From positions 90,898,019-90,950,045 of the forward strand of contig NC_068986.1 in the NCBI RefSeq assembly GCF_001194135.2: a DNA stretch of 52,027 bases. The letters run 5' to 3'. A program made the translations under genes and the position numbers. How positions within the stretch are numbered: position 1 is the stretch's first letter; each line of letters starts with the position of its first letter. This document shows positions 37,348 to 48,524 of this stretch, in pieces. The notes beneath the pieces were generated by a model. It was not told the origin of the DNA. It searched no databases and was given only the letters and a program-made list of their open reading frames with translations. The DNA comes from Octopus bimaculoides (lineage: Eukaryota).

Positions 37348-38271
37348 CTAAAATTTCTCTTCCATTTCAAACATAATTTTACCCCTAGTAAAAATATTTA
37401 CAAAACTTTTCCGGAAATTTTTGTTGCAGAATCCATACACAATGGGATTTAAGGATGAATTTAGTATCCAAGAACGATATAAAATTAATTTAAAGATCTG
37501 CAACAAATTAGAATCTTTGCAGTATGGATATATGACTAAGAAGACAAGGAATGGTGAAAAACTGACAAAATACAAAACAGAGATTGAGATAAGTACAATG
37601 ATTGTGCGATTGATTCCTTGTTGTCTGCGAGCTCCTTCTTTACTTTTCTTTTTCCTGAGATGCTGAGTAATAGTCTTCCAAACAAAGGAATAAAGTACAG
37701 TCATGGTTAGGAAAAGTATAATGTGAAGAATTAAGGCTGATAGAGCATATGACCAGACAGATGACTTACTAAGGTCACAGTCACATATCATGTACATCTT
37801 GTTTTCATAGGTAAAGGGAACACCTTCATTATAGATAAAAACTGGTACTATTTGTATGGCCGATGTTATTGTTATGGAAACAATGAGTATCTGAAGTAGA
37901 TTTGGGGTAATTTGTTTTCCAAGTGGACAACATATTTTTCTGAACCTTTCAATGGAAACTGTGAGAAGAATGAAGGACGATATTGTAAAACAGGTGTAGA
38001 CAATATACTTGTATATTTTACAGAAATAATTTGATTGAATTGCAAGATAAAGTTCAGCCATTTCCAGAGGCATTCCAAAGATACATCCAATCAGATCAAT
38101 GACAGCTAGTACAAGAATGAATGTTTCTACGTTGCTTTTCTGGGATTGGCGTCCATAAATATATACCACAAACATGTTACCAATGAGTCCCACAATTAGG
38201 AAGAAAGGTATGATACTGAAAACAACTAATCTTGAAAACATAACAAGATCAGACAAATGGGTTGCATTCAT
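37348..38271 (-). CDS. intact intronless class A orphan GPCR (307 aa)
   Basis: All seven TM segments present with GN, LAVIDL, ERF, SFSP, NSSLNPIVY. Ends FEMEEKF*. Confidence 0.95.
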   Translation of the reverse strand: MNATHLSDLVMFSRLVVFSIIPFFLIVGLIGNMFVVYIYGRQSQKSNVETFILVLAVIDLIGCIFGMPLEMAELYLAIQSNYFCKIYKYIVYTCFTISSFILLTVSIERFRKICCPLGKQITPNLLQILIVSITITSAIQIVPVFIYNEGVPFTYENKMYMICDCDLSKSSVWSYALSALILHIILFLTMTVLYSFVWKTITQHLRKKKSKEGARRQQGINRTIIVLISISVLYFVSFSPFLVFLVIYPYCKDSNLLQIFKLILYRSWILNSSLNPIVYGFCNKNFRKSFVNIFTRGKIMFEMEEKF

Positions 38272-41200
38272 GTTGAAACAAGTTGGTAGTTTATAGTTTA
38301 GTACGTTTAACGTGTATATGCTGATTGTTGAAATGTATATATTTGTATGCTCGTATTAGTATAAATATATATATATATATATATCGTATGGTAAGTAAAT
38401 TGGTTAGTCCATTAACAGTAGACTGGAAATCATTTGTAATCTAAACTTCTATGTTAGAGATGGTATTGGAGTTCTGTTCTCAGCTGAGTCCTTATAGAAA
38501 TACAATCACAATGTGGAATAAACTTGTCAGAGAGAGATTTCAAAGGAATTTGCAATAATATGTTCGATAAATTGCTTAAATAGATATTATACAGACTAAA
38601 ATACATCCTGCTTAATTTTACTAATTAGTTTGAAAGTAGATCATCACATCACATATATGTACCAAGTTATGAAACATGATTAACAACAATGATTTTAATA
38701 CTATCACTTTACAAAATTACACTATTTAGTGATGATGACCAGAAACAAAATATCAGTGGGAAAAAAATTATTTAGGTATTTCTTCCAACTAAGTTCAAAC
38801 CTTGCTGAGGCCAAATTTGCCTTTCAAATCTCTATGGTTGAAACAATGTATCAATCAAGTACTGGCACCAATGGTATTGACTCACACCTTCCTCTTCAAA
38901 CTGCTGGCCTTCTGTCTAAATCAAAGACCCTATTTAAAGGCAGTGAGCCTTTAAATGACACAATCTTTAGAACATAGCAGAAAAGTTTTGTGGCATTTGT
39001 GTCAGCACTTTATGGTGTTGGTCCCTAGCCAGCAAATTTCAAGTGGGTGCTTCATTCTTTCAGGGGTGGATTTAAGTACCAGTGAAGTCCTGGGACTACT
39101 GGTACTGACTAATTCCCTCATAGCATGAACACAGAATTTCATTTTTCTATGTTTATTCATGATATAAGATTCCATCAAGTAGATGAGGCCAACAGGATCA
39201 CAATTATATGCTCCACACACAATATAAAATTCCTTGTGCTGATATCAGAATTTATAATTATCATCATTATTATTGAGTGAGAGAGCAGTGCATGTGATCA
39301 AGTGACACTGGTGTAAAATATACGAAGCCCAGTATCCCCACCATGACTACCCAACTCATAATGGTACATCAGGCACGTGCATCACAACTGTATGTGCATG
39401 ACATGGTGATCTCATATCAAAATAAACAGCACATGACCTAGCAGGTGGGGCCCAATTAGAATTTTCATCAAGTCGAGTAGCCCATCCAGCAGAAAAGGTC
39501 CCTGAATGAGGGTTGTTTAAGGATGTTGAACGAAACACCCATGTTTTCAGAGTTGAATTATTCAAACCCCAAAGAAGTCGTCTCAATACGTGGCTATGAT
39601 GCTCCCCCACTACCTCTGCTTGTGATCAGAGATGCACATATTGTCAGCGACTAAAGGACATGCTCAACTGGTTATGGTCAAACAGCTGACAAGCAAATCT
39701 GTGGTATTGAGCAGAATATTTGCTGTAGTCCATCTTTTATACCAAGACAAAACAATGTACATGATAACACTTCCAATCAGTTAAGATCAGAAGCCATGAG
39801 AGTCACTGCCTGGTACTGCATCAGGGCAGCTGCTGCCGCTGCCACCGTCATTGCTGTCATTATTATTATTATATAGGGTGGCAAGCTAGCAGGAATGTTA
39901 GCACACTGGGCAAAATGCATAGTAGTATTTTGTCCCTCTTTATGTTTTGAGTTGAAATTCCACTGAGGTTAACTTTGCCTTTCAACTTTTGGGGTTGATA
40001 AAATAAGTAGCAGTTGAACATTGGGGTTGATGTAATCAACTCATCCCCTTCTCCAAATTGCTACCCTTGTGACAAAATTTGAAACCATTATTACTATTGT
40101 TGTTGTTGTTGTTGCCTTTGCATAGCTTCTAACTCTGGAGATGTACTATAGTGTCAGCTGTTCACTACCAGTAAACTAGGGTAACCTCTTATTTTTCAAG
40201 CACCTTATGGAGTATTCGAGCGGTCCCAAGCAGTGCTGTTTTCTGCAAGTGCTCCACCCTTATTGCAGCCCCTATTTGTTTAAATATTTCTCGAGTTGTC
40301 TCAATGTGCAACTAAATCAACCAGTAAGCATTTTTGACATATTTGGGGTTATGTTCCATGTTGCTTGTAGTGATTTTATTTGAATTTTACTAAGAATCTA
40401 TCTTTTACATGTTGTTCATATTTTGAACTTATCACTTGTATATCATTCTAACTTCTTTGGAATGTTTGTAGCACCACAGATGAGAAGCTATATCTATTAA
40501 ATTTTTGTTCAGTTTTTTGAAAAAGGGTGAAGCTTGGTTGCTCTTTAAATGAAGTACCAGTTGAACACTGAGGTCAATATGATTGACTTATCCCCTCCCC
40601 ACAAATTTCAGGCCTTGTGCCTATAGCAGAAAGGATTATTATTATTATAATTATTAATGTTACTATTATTATTTGTTGCTACTGCAATGTTCAACCTCAT
40701 AGCAATCATTTTTGACATGAAAATGTAATGTGCTTAAAAACATTTTCTAAAGATTTTAAAACATCTATTTTTTGTTGTTTTTGTCTATTCTTGGGTATTA
40801 AGGGTAGGCTTCCTTTACATGATCAAAGCTCATTTTTGCAAGTTCCTACAGAAAAATTAATTTAATAATGCTTGAATGAATCATGTCTCAAAAAGTGAGG
40901 GAAAGAACATTTTCACACAAGGCAAGCCAAATCTGACGATAAAAACAACAGCAATAAATCTTTCTACTATAGGCACATGCCTGAAATTTTGGGCAAGGGG
41001 TATGAACAATTAACAGAGACTACAGTGGTTGACTGGCATTTATTTCCTTGACCTTGAAAGGATGAAAAACAACGTAGACCTCAACAGAATTTAAGCATGT
41101 AAATGATTCTGCCAGCTCACCACATTAACAACAACAGCAATAATAATCTCTAATTTAGATACAAGCCCAATAGTTTTGAGGAGTTGAAGTAAATTGATGC

Positions 41201-42028
41201 TAACCACACCAGTACTTGAATGGCACAATATTTTATCTAGCACTGGAAGGGTAAGATAAAATAAAGGATTTGGCAGGAAAAAAAATAGGTCTTGTCAATT
41301 CAGAATGATGTGGAGCTAAACAAGATAAAACATAGGAAACAAAATTCAATACATCCATTAACTACAATCTCCAAAATATAAAATTATTCAGCTCTGCACA
41401 TTTAAGAACAGGATGTGTTCCATAAATTGAATATATCAAACATATTAACACACAAACACAAAAACGGTGATGATGATGACTGCGACAAGAGCAACAATAT
41501 TGTTTATCCAGTATTTTTTTAGTGCAGATTTAATATGTAATTCAGAAATTGTAGGTTCCAAATAGTTTGGAGTTTAAAAGAGAACTTTGATACACAGCTA
41601 TGGGTCTACAGAAAGTATAAAACTACAACAGAAGCTAGAATAAATATGTAACAGAGAAACTGTTGAGGTGTTCAAATAGGCCTTTCTGATACTAACCTAC
41701 CTTAGACTGACACTGGATCAAGGATAGAAACAGCATATTTTAAAAGGTTCATCATCATCATCATCATCATTTAACATCCACTTTCCATGCTGACAGGGTT
41801 AAAATCAAAACTTTCCAATTTTATGAAAGAAAATATAATTCTCCAAACATTAGGATAGAATAAAATGGAAAAGTTGGTTATTTCATTAAATACCTAAAGC
41901 TTTGAGCTCGTATTTTCAATATTACAAAAAATTTTTTAAATGCATTTTGTTGGAAATGGTCAGCAAAGAAAATACTTCTGGTATGTGAAAGAATTCCTCT
42001 CTATTGAATGTGTGGTCTAAACCAAATC

Positions 42029-42937
42029 CTAAAATTTCTCATACATTTTAAAGTCACTTTTATCCCTACTAAATATATTTACAAAACTTTTCCAGAAAAT
42101 TTTGTTACAGAATCCATACACTATGGAATTTAAGGATGAATTTAGTATCCAAGAACGATATAAAATTACTTTAAAAATTTGTAACAGGATAGAATCTCTG
42201 CAGTATGGATACATGGCACAAAAGAGAAGGGTTGGTGTGAAACTAACAAAGTATAAAACTGAGACAGAGAAAAGTATAATGCTTGTGCGATTGATTTGTT
42301 CTTGTTGGAAAGATTTTTTACTTTGCTTTTTCATCAAATGCTGATTAATAGTCTTCTGAACAAATGAATAGAGCACAGTCATGCTTAGGACAAGAATACA
42401 CTGAATAATTAATGCTATGAGACGATATGGCCAGAGGAATGACCCTTGAAAGTCACAGCTATACATCTCTTCATGGGAAAAGGGAACACTTTCAATGTAG
42501 ATAACAGGTGGCAGTATCAATGCAAGAGATGTTACAGTTATGAAAATAACGAGAGTATTGCGTAGTTTTGGATTCATTTGTTTACTAAGTGGACAACATA
42601 TACTTCGAAACCTTTCAATGGCAATTGTGAGAAGAATGAAGGATGACATGATAGAATAGGTGAAAATAATAAACTTGTATAATTTACACAAATATTTTGA
42701 TTGTATTGCCAAGTAGAGTTCAGCCATTTCCAGAGGCATTCCAAAGATACATCCAATAAGATCAACAACAGCTAGTACAAGGATGAATGATTCTACATTG
42801 CTTTTCTTTGGTTGTTGTACATAAATATATACCACAAATATGTTACCTACGAGTCCCACCATTAGGAATACAGGTATGATACTAAAAACAACTAATCTTG
42901 AAAACAGAACAGGATCAGACAAATGGGTTACATTCAT
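42029..42937 (-). CDS. intact intronless class A orphan GPCR (302 aa; 5-codon deletion in ECL2)
   Basis: Same family. ECL2 FSHEEMYSCDF versus VSHEHMIYIICNSDF. TM7 NSSLNSIVY (NP changed to NS). Ends KMYEKF*. Confidence 0.93.
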   Translation of the reverse strand: MNVTHLSDPVLFSRLVVFSIIPVFLMVGLVGNIFVVYIYVQQPKKSNVESFILVLAVVDLIGCIFGMPLEMAELYLAIQSKYLCKLYKFIIFTYSIMSSFILLTIAIERFRSICCPLSKQMNPKLRNTLVIFITVTSLALILPPVIYIESVPFSHEEMYSCDFQGSFLWPYRLIALIIQCILVLSMTVLYSFVQKTINQHLMKKQSKKSFQQEQINRTSIILFSVSVLYFVSFTPTLLFCAMYPYCRDSILLQIFKVILYRSWILNSSLNSIVYGFCNKIFWKSFVNIFSRDKSDFKMYEKF

Positions 42938-42987
42938 GCTGAAACAAGTCTGTAGTTTCTAGTTTAGTAAATATAAAATATATATGT

Positions 42988-43026
<39 letters not shown>

Positions 43027-43210
43027 TTTCTGTTTGTATATATATATGCCTTCAGTGTGACTGGTCTGTTTGTATGTGTAGATANNNNNNNNNNNNNNNN
43101 NNNNNNNNNNNNNNNNNNNNNNNNNNNNNNNNNNNNNNNNNNNNNNNNNNNNNNNNNNNNNNNNNNNNNNNNNNNNNNNNNNNNNNNNNNNNNNNNNNNN
43201 NNNNNNNNNN

Positions 43211-43244
<34 letters not shown>

Positions 43245-43689
43245 AAGACTGGTGTTGCAATAATTTCAGAGATGTACTTGTAGGTAAGCAAGCTGATTAG
43301 TGCATTAACATGATTTGTAATCCAAACTTGTACACTGGAGATGATATTCGTTTTGTTCTGTTGTTGCAGTTGAGTTCTTACACAAATATAATTACAATGT
43401 GAAGTAAACATCCATAAAAAACTATCAGAATACAATGCAACAGTTTATGTAGTAGTCTGCTTATATATGTTTACAGATTAATATACATCCTACTTAACAG
43501 ATTCAACTTAGAATCTAGTTTCACAACATTGGACAAATTTAGAAAATTTGTCGGAAGAATGATACAAACACTTACATTTTCCCAATTTGCTATGTTTAAT
43601 AAAGCAACTGCTCCATGGCACTTCACTGTTCGGTATAAGTGGTATCCCTAATTGCACAGTGGACTGTAATGACTACCTCATCAGTAAGT

Positions 43690-44700
43690 CATGACTCTTG
43701 ACAATGGGGGAAGAGTGTCATGAAAAGTGACCAACATTCAGGGAAAATCATCTACTTTAGATAGGTTGCTCAATAGGCTTGTATACAAGCCTACAGTTGT
43801 TAGACAACCTTTTGGCAGGTGTATACGAAAACATAAAATAGAATGGGAGAATCCCAACACTGTGTGAGCTTAGGAGCAGTATTATTGCTGAGAAAAAAAC
43901 TGAAACAAGAGGGAACACATCGATAATTTTCAGCACATAACTTTTGCTCAAAGTAGATTTCAAGATTTTGGGCCAAGATATTAGCAAAGAGTTTGACACT
44001 GTCCCCAACAGTATAACTGGTGGTATGCAAACATGAAGTATCTTGAACAAACCTATACATTACAACTGCCACTTCATACAATACATCATAGAGAGTAGGG
44101 TTAATGAGCCTGACACAGATGGACCCTGATCAATCTAGGTCAATGTGCCCTCTCTTCTGTATACACTAACTCTTTAGCCACCACTGTGGAAACTAGAGTC
44201 ATTGAAGTACATCCCACACAAACTAGGATGCAGATGACCTGTACTCAGAAAGAACAAAAACAAGAGAGACCTCTACAGGTCAATAGGAAGCATTCAAAAG
44301 TCTCGCCCACCGATATTTGGCAGTAGTCCTCACAACAGCTGGTTTCAGTGAATTCTTCAGGGTCTGGATTGCTACTGTGTATAGCAACATTTGCTTAGTG
44401 GCAAGGGTGAATGGCCACCTTTCACAGCCATTCAGTATTCTGGCACACAATCCTTCTAAAGTGTGCCATATCATCTCCCCTCGGTGCACTGATTATTTTG
44501 CCACTGTTGTGGAAACTAGAGACAATGCAGTGTATCGCACATGAAGTAGGGTATTGGAGATCTCTACTGGCATACACAGATGACCTCACCATAATTGTTA
44601 GACACCAAACACATCAAGGTGATCAGCAATGCTCTAAGAGAGTGCAAGGTGGTAATGGGAATAAAATAATCATCCTGAGGTCAATGGCCAGCAACTTGCT
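43690..44700 (+). mobile_element. longest copy of the ancestral Tx1-like RT relic upstream of a GPCR
   Basis: LLDNLLAGV..., SKVDFKILAKILAKSL-like, INL.Q and AYTDDLT segments. Confidence 0.7.
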
Positions 44701-44715
44701 AACTAGAGAGGCCTT

Positions 44716-45420
44716 CTAACATACTGCATATTTCCAAAGGTCCCGGTCACTGGTCATTGCCTCGGTGAGGCCCAATGTCCAAAGGTCGTGCTTCACCACC
44801 TCATCCCAGGTCTTCCTGGGTCTACCTCTTCTACAGGTTCCCTCTATTGCTAGGGTGTGACACTTTTTCACACAGCTGTCCTCATCCATTCGCAACACAT
44901 GACCATACCAACACAGTTGTCTCTCTTGCATACCACATTTGATGCTTCTTAAGTCCAACTTTTCTCTCTGTCGTGTATGCACACTGACATTACACATCCA
45001 GCGAAGCATACTGGCTTCATTCTTTGCAAGTTTACGCATGTCCTCAACAGTCACAGCCCATATTTCACTGCCATGTAGCATGGCTGTTCACACACATGCG
45101 TCATACAGTTTACCTTTTACTCTGAGCGAGAGGCCCTTTGTCACCAGCAGAGGTAAGAGCTCTCTAAACTTTGCCCAGGCTATTCTTATTCTAGCAGCTA
45201 TACTTTCGGCGCACCCTCCCCCACTACTGACTTGGTCACCTAGGTAACGGAAGCTATCAACTACTTGTAGTTTTTCCCCTTGGAAGGTAATGAAAGCCAT
45301 TTTCTGCACATTTTCAGCGTTTATTGTTACTGAGCATTTGCCACACACAAAAACTATCTTCCCAGTTAGCCTTTCTTTGATATTGCTGCACCTCTTATGT
45401 GTCCATAGCTTACACTGGAT
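44716..45420 (-). mobile_element. RTE-clade LINE 3' fragment
   Basis: WAKFRELLPLLVTKGLSLRVKGKLYDACV; MLHGSEIWAVT...WYGHVLRMDEDSCVKKC...GRPRKTW. Confidence 0.88.
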
Positions 45421-45639
45421 ACATCTTATGGAGTTTCTAAATTCTTATCGGCATTTAATCCATCTTTGTGTTCTGGGTTCAAATTCTGCCAAGGTTGACT
45501 CTACTTATCATCCTTTTGGGGTCAATGAAAACCTTACCAGTTGGACACTGAAGTTGATATGATTAACTTACCCCTGCCCTGAAATTGCTGGCTCTGTACC
45601 AAAATTTGAAAATTTTCCTTGCTATACTTTCAGAAAGGG

Positions 45640-46020
45640 TCAGAAGAGGTTGTTAGAGAATTTTTGACTTCACCTACCCCAATTTCTAGCCTCCCAATTC
45701 CTCCAATTATAATTCCATGGATTACTATATATGGGACACAGTTGAGAAAGACACCAACTGCTTTGCATGCAACATTAAGGCCAAGCTGGTGGCCAAAATC
45801 AAAGAAATATTCAAAGATCTTCCCAGGGACACAGTGAGGAATGCATGCACCAGGTTCTGGAGCCTTTGAGACAGTGGTAGAAGGTGAGGGCAGCTACTCT
45901 GAGTAAACTATTATCTCCCAGTCATAATCTAGTTGATATATTTTGTGTTTTTAAAATACATGGGATATTGTGTTTTTTTCCCCCTTTTATACAAACTGTT
46001 GAATTTAGCCTAAACACCCT
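45640..46020 (+). mobile_element. decayed Tc1/mariner (maT-like) transposase C-terminus and right end
   Basis: PPNS..YNSMDYYIWDTVEKDTN...KAKLVAKIKEIFKDLPRDTVRNACTRFWS..ETVVEGEGSYSE*; terminal caccctg at ~46015-46021. Confidence 0.65.
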
Positions 46021-46416
46021 GCGTGAGTGCGTGCGTGTGTTTCTCTTTCTCTCCTTGTCTTGACATTATGTAATTGTTCAAAATGAATGTTGCTTATTTC
46101 CAGTTTCCTGTGAAAATATGTCTGGCCATGGGGAAATATTACCTTGCTTGGAAAAAAGGTAAGGGTTGGCAAGAGGAAGGTAATCCAGCTACAGAAAATC
46201 TGTCTCAATAAACTCCATCTGACCCACGAAAGCATGGTAAAATGGACATTGTAACAATCATGATGACGATAACGAAAACAAAAATTTAAATATCATAAAT
46301 AGATTTGTATAGAATTTTCATCTTTCTTTTTTTTTTTTATCCTAGTATTTTGGTTCATAGTGAACAAAATGTTATCAAAATGTAAGGAAACAAAATAATT
46401 TTTAAAGGTAACATAC

Positions 46417-46538
46417 ATTAAGGTGTCAACATCATCACCAAGTTTAGGGGACGTACAACCAAGTATTTCACCAGGTGACAGCGGCTTCACTTGCGGAATG
46501 ACGACATTGAATGTGTTTCTGAGCTCTTTTGCAACACC
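46417..46538 (-). CDS. DPH1: DPH1 (diphthamide biosynthesis protein 1) internal exon, 122 nt
   Basis: ttccag|[40 protein letters not shown](AT)|gtatgt. [17 protein letters not shown] is the DPH1 signature. Phase 0 acceptor matches the phase 0 donor of the upstream exon. Confidence 0.93.
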
Positions 46539-48194
46539 CTGGAACAATCAAAAGAATATGACAGACAGAGAATAAATTACTTAAAGACATCATGAAAAAC
46601 AATAGTTAATAGTGGCATTAAATAAACTATCACATGTTTATAACAAGCTGTGACAAAAGTTTGCCATGCATTTTGGAAGCAAAAAATAAAATTTTGATTT
46701 ATTGAATTAACATAAGGCTACAGTGTTTTAGAATAGGAGTATTGTCAACTGAATTGATCCCTATATTTATTTCATCAACCACTGAGAGATAAAAGTAAAG
46801 TTAATTCCAGCAATATCTGGATTCATTGCACAGAATCACTGTATGTTCTACCATTCATACTACTCCATTGCTAAAGGATAAAAAAATGTCCAATCTCTAA
46901 TGGTATGTACAAGTGAGACATATTCTCCAATCTGTTCAGGAAGGTAGTAACCCAGAAATAAGAACTAATTCAGACCATGAGGAGCCATCCAACCCATCCA
47001 AGTATAGAAAAGATGTAAAAAGAAGATAATGATGATGTTTTAAACTCTAAGACATCATGTTGTGTTGGTGGCTTTCAGAAATGGAAAGAAAATAGATGCC
47101 CTTCAGAAGTGGATCTTTTGCAGCTTGGGTAGAATAAGCTGGACAGACAGCATAACAAATGCTACAGTACTAGAAAAACTGGAAGTCTAAAAACATTTAT
47201 TAACAAAATATGTGCTGCATTGATTGCTATACTCAAGAAGACCCACCAAACACAACAGAAATGAGATCCTAAAATCACGGTGAGATGTAAAAAGCATGTA
47301 AAAACACTGGTGATGGTGCCACATGAAAAGCATCCAGTACATTCTGTAAAGTGGTTGGCATTATGAAGGGCATCCAGCTGCAGAAACCATGCTAAAGCAG
47401 ACAGTGGAATCTGGTGCAGCTCTCTGGCTTGCCTAGCTCTTGTCAAACTGTCCAACCCATGCCAGCATGGAAGATGGACGTTAAATGATGATGACTATGG
47501 AACCTGGTGCAGTCCCTGGCCTTTCGAGCCCTGTCAAACCCATCCAACCCATGCCAGCATGGTAAATGGAGGTTAAATGATGATGATGATAATGAAGAAC
47601 ACAAAGCTATCATATTTTGAACATAATGCACCAGTGAGAGGACATGTGGAAGAAAAGAGAGTAAGAGGCCATCAAAGACATCTGTGGACTAATAACATCA
47701 AAGAATAGATTGGAAACGAGCCTTGCCAATTGTATGCATGCAGCACAGTGCAGAGGAAACAGAAGTGTTTTGACAAGTGTAGAATCTATATGGCAATTGT
47801 TAGTTTGAAGCACTGATTTCCTATCCTCGAATTTAAATGTTTCATAAGCATCAAGATGATTACAAGGGCTGGGAATTAGCTGTGGATATATGGAGTTTTA
47901 AAATAGACCACTTGATTCAAGTGGTTTTAGCATGATTGCACTCTTCTGAGTAAGTAATATTCAGAGAAACAAAAGCCATTGTACTAGTGGTGGTGGTAGT
48001 GATAGTTGTTGTTGTGTAGCCCCAGGCCAGCCCTGATCCACCAGATCAATGATCAAAGATGTTCCAGCCACAAGCATCCAGTTTCTTACTCTCAAACATA
48101 CTATTTCTAGACTACAATCTCAAATTTGTCCTTCTTTTTATGGTGTGGGGTGTAATTTGGTCACTATTTCTAGTAGTTCAGTGATCAAGGAGAG

Positions 48195-48524
48195 CAGGGG
48201 TTCTCAACCATTTTTTATCCATGGACTCCTTTGATTACTATTTTATTCTGGAAGATCCCCATAGCCATTCGATGTTTAAAAACTAGTTTTATGGAAACTT
48301 CTTTCAAAATTCCTATTTTGTTTTTCACACATTCACTTGTGTAGGTTGAACTATGTAAAATGTTAGAGAAAGAATCCCAGCTATTTCTTGCAATACACAC
48401 CAACACATACAACTAAAGCAAAATATTTTCAGGGTCCTTTAAAATACTACTGTAGATCCCCAATTTATTCTTTTGTTGCATGGACTCCCAAAAATTTTAT
48501 ATGGACCCTGGTTGAGAACCACTG
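48195..48524. mobile_element. hAT-type MITE
   Basis: Termini caggggttctcaacca / tggttgagaaccactg (Charlie/hAT-like). No clean 8-bp TSD remains. Confidence 0.65.
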
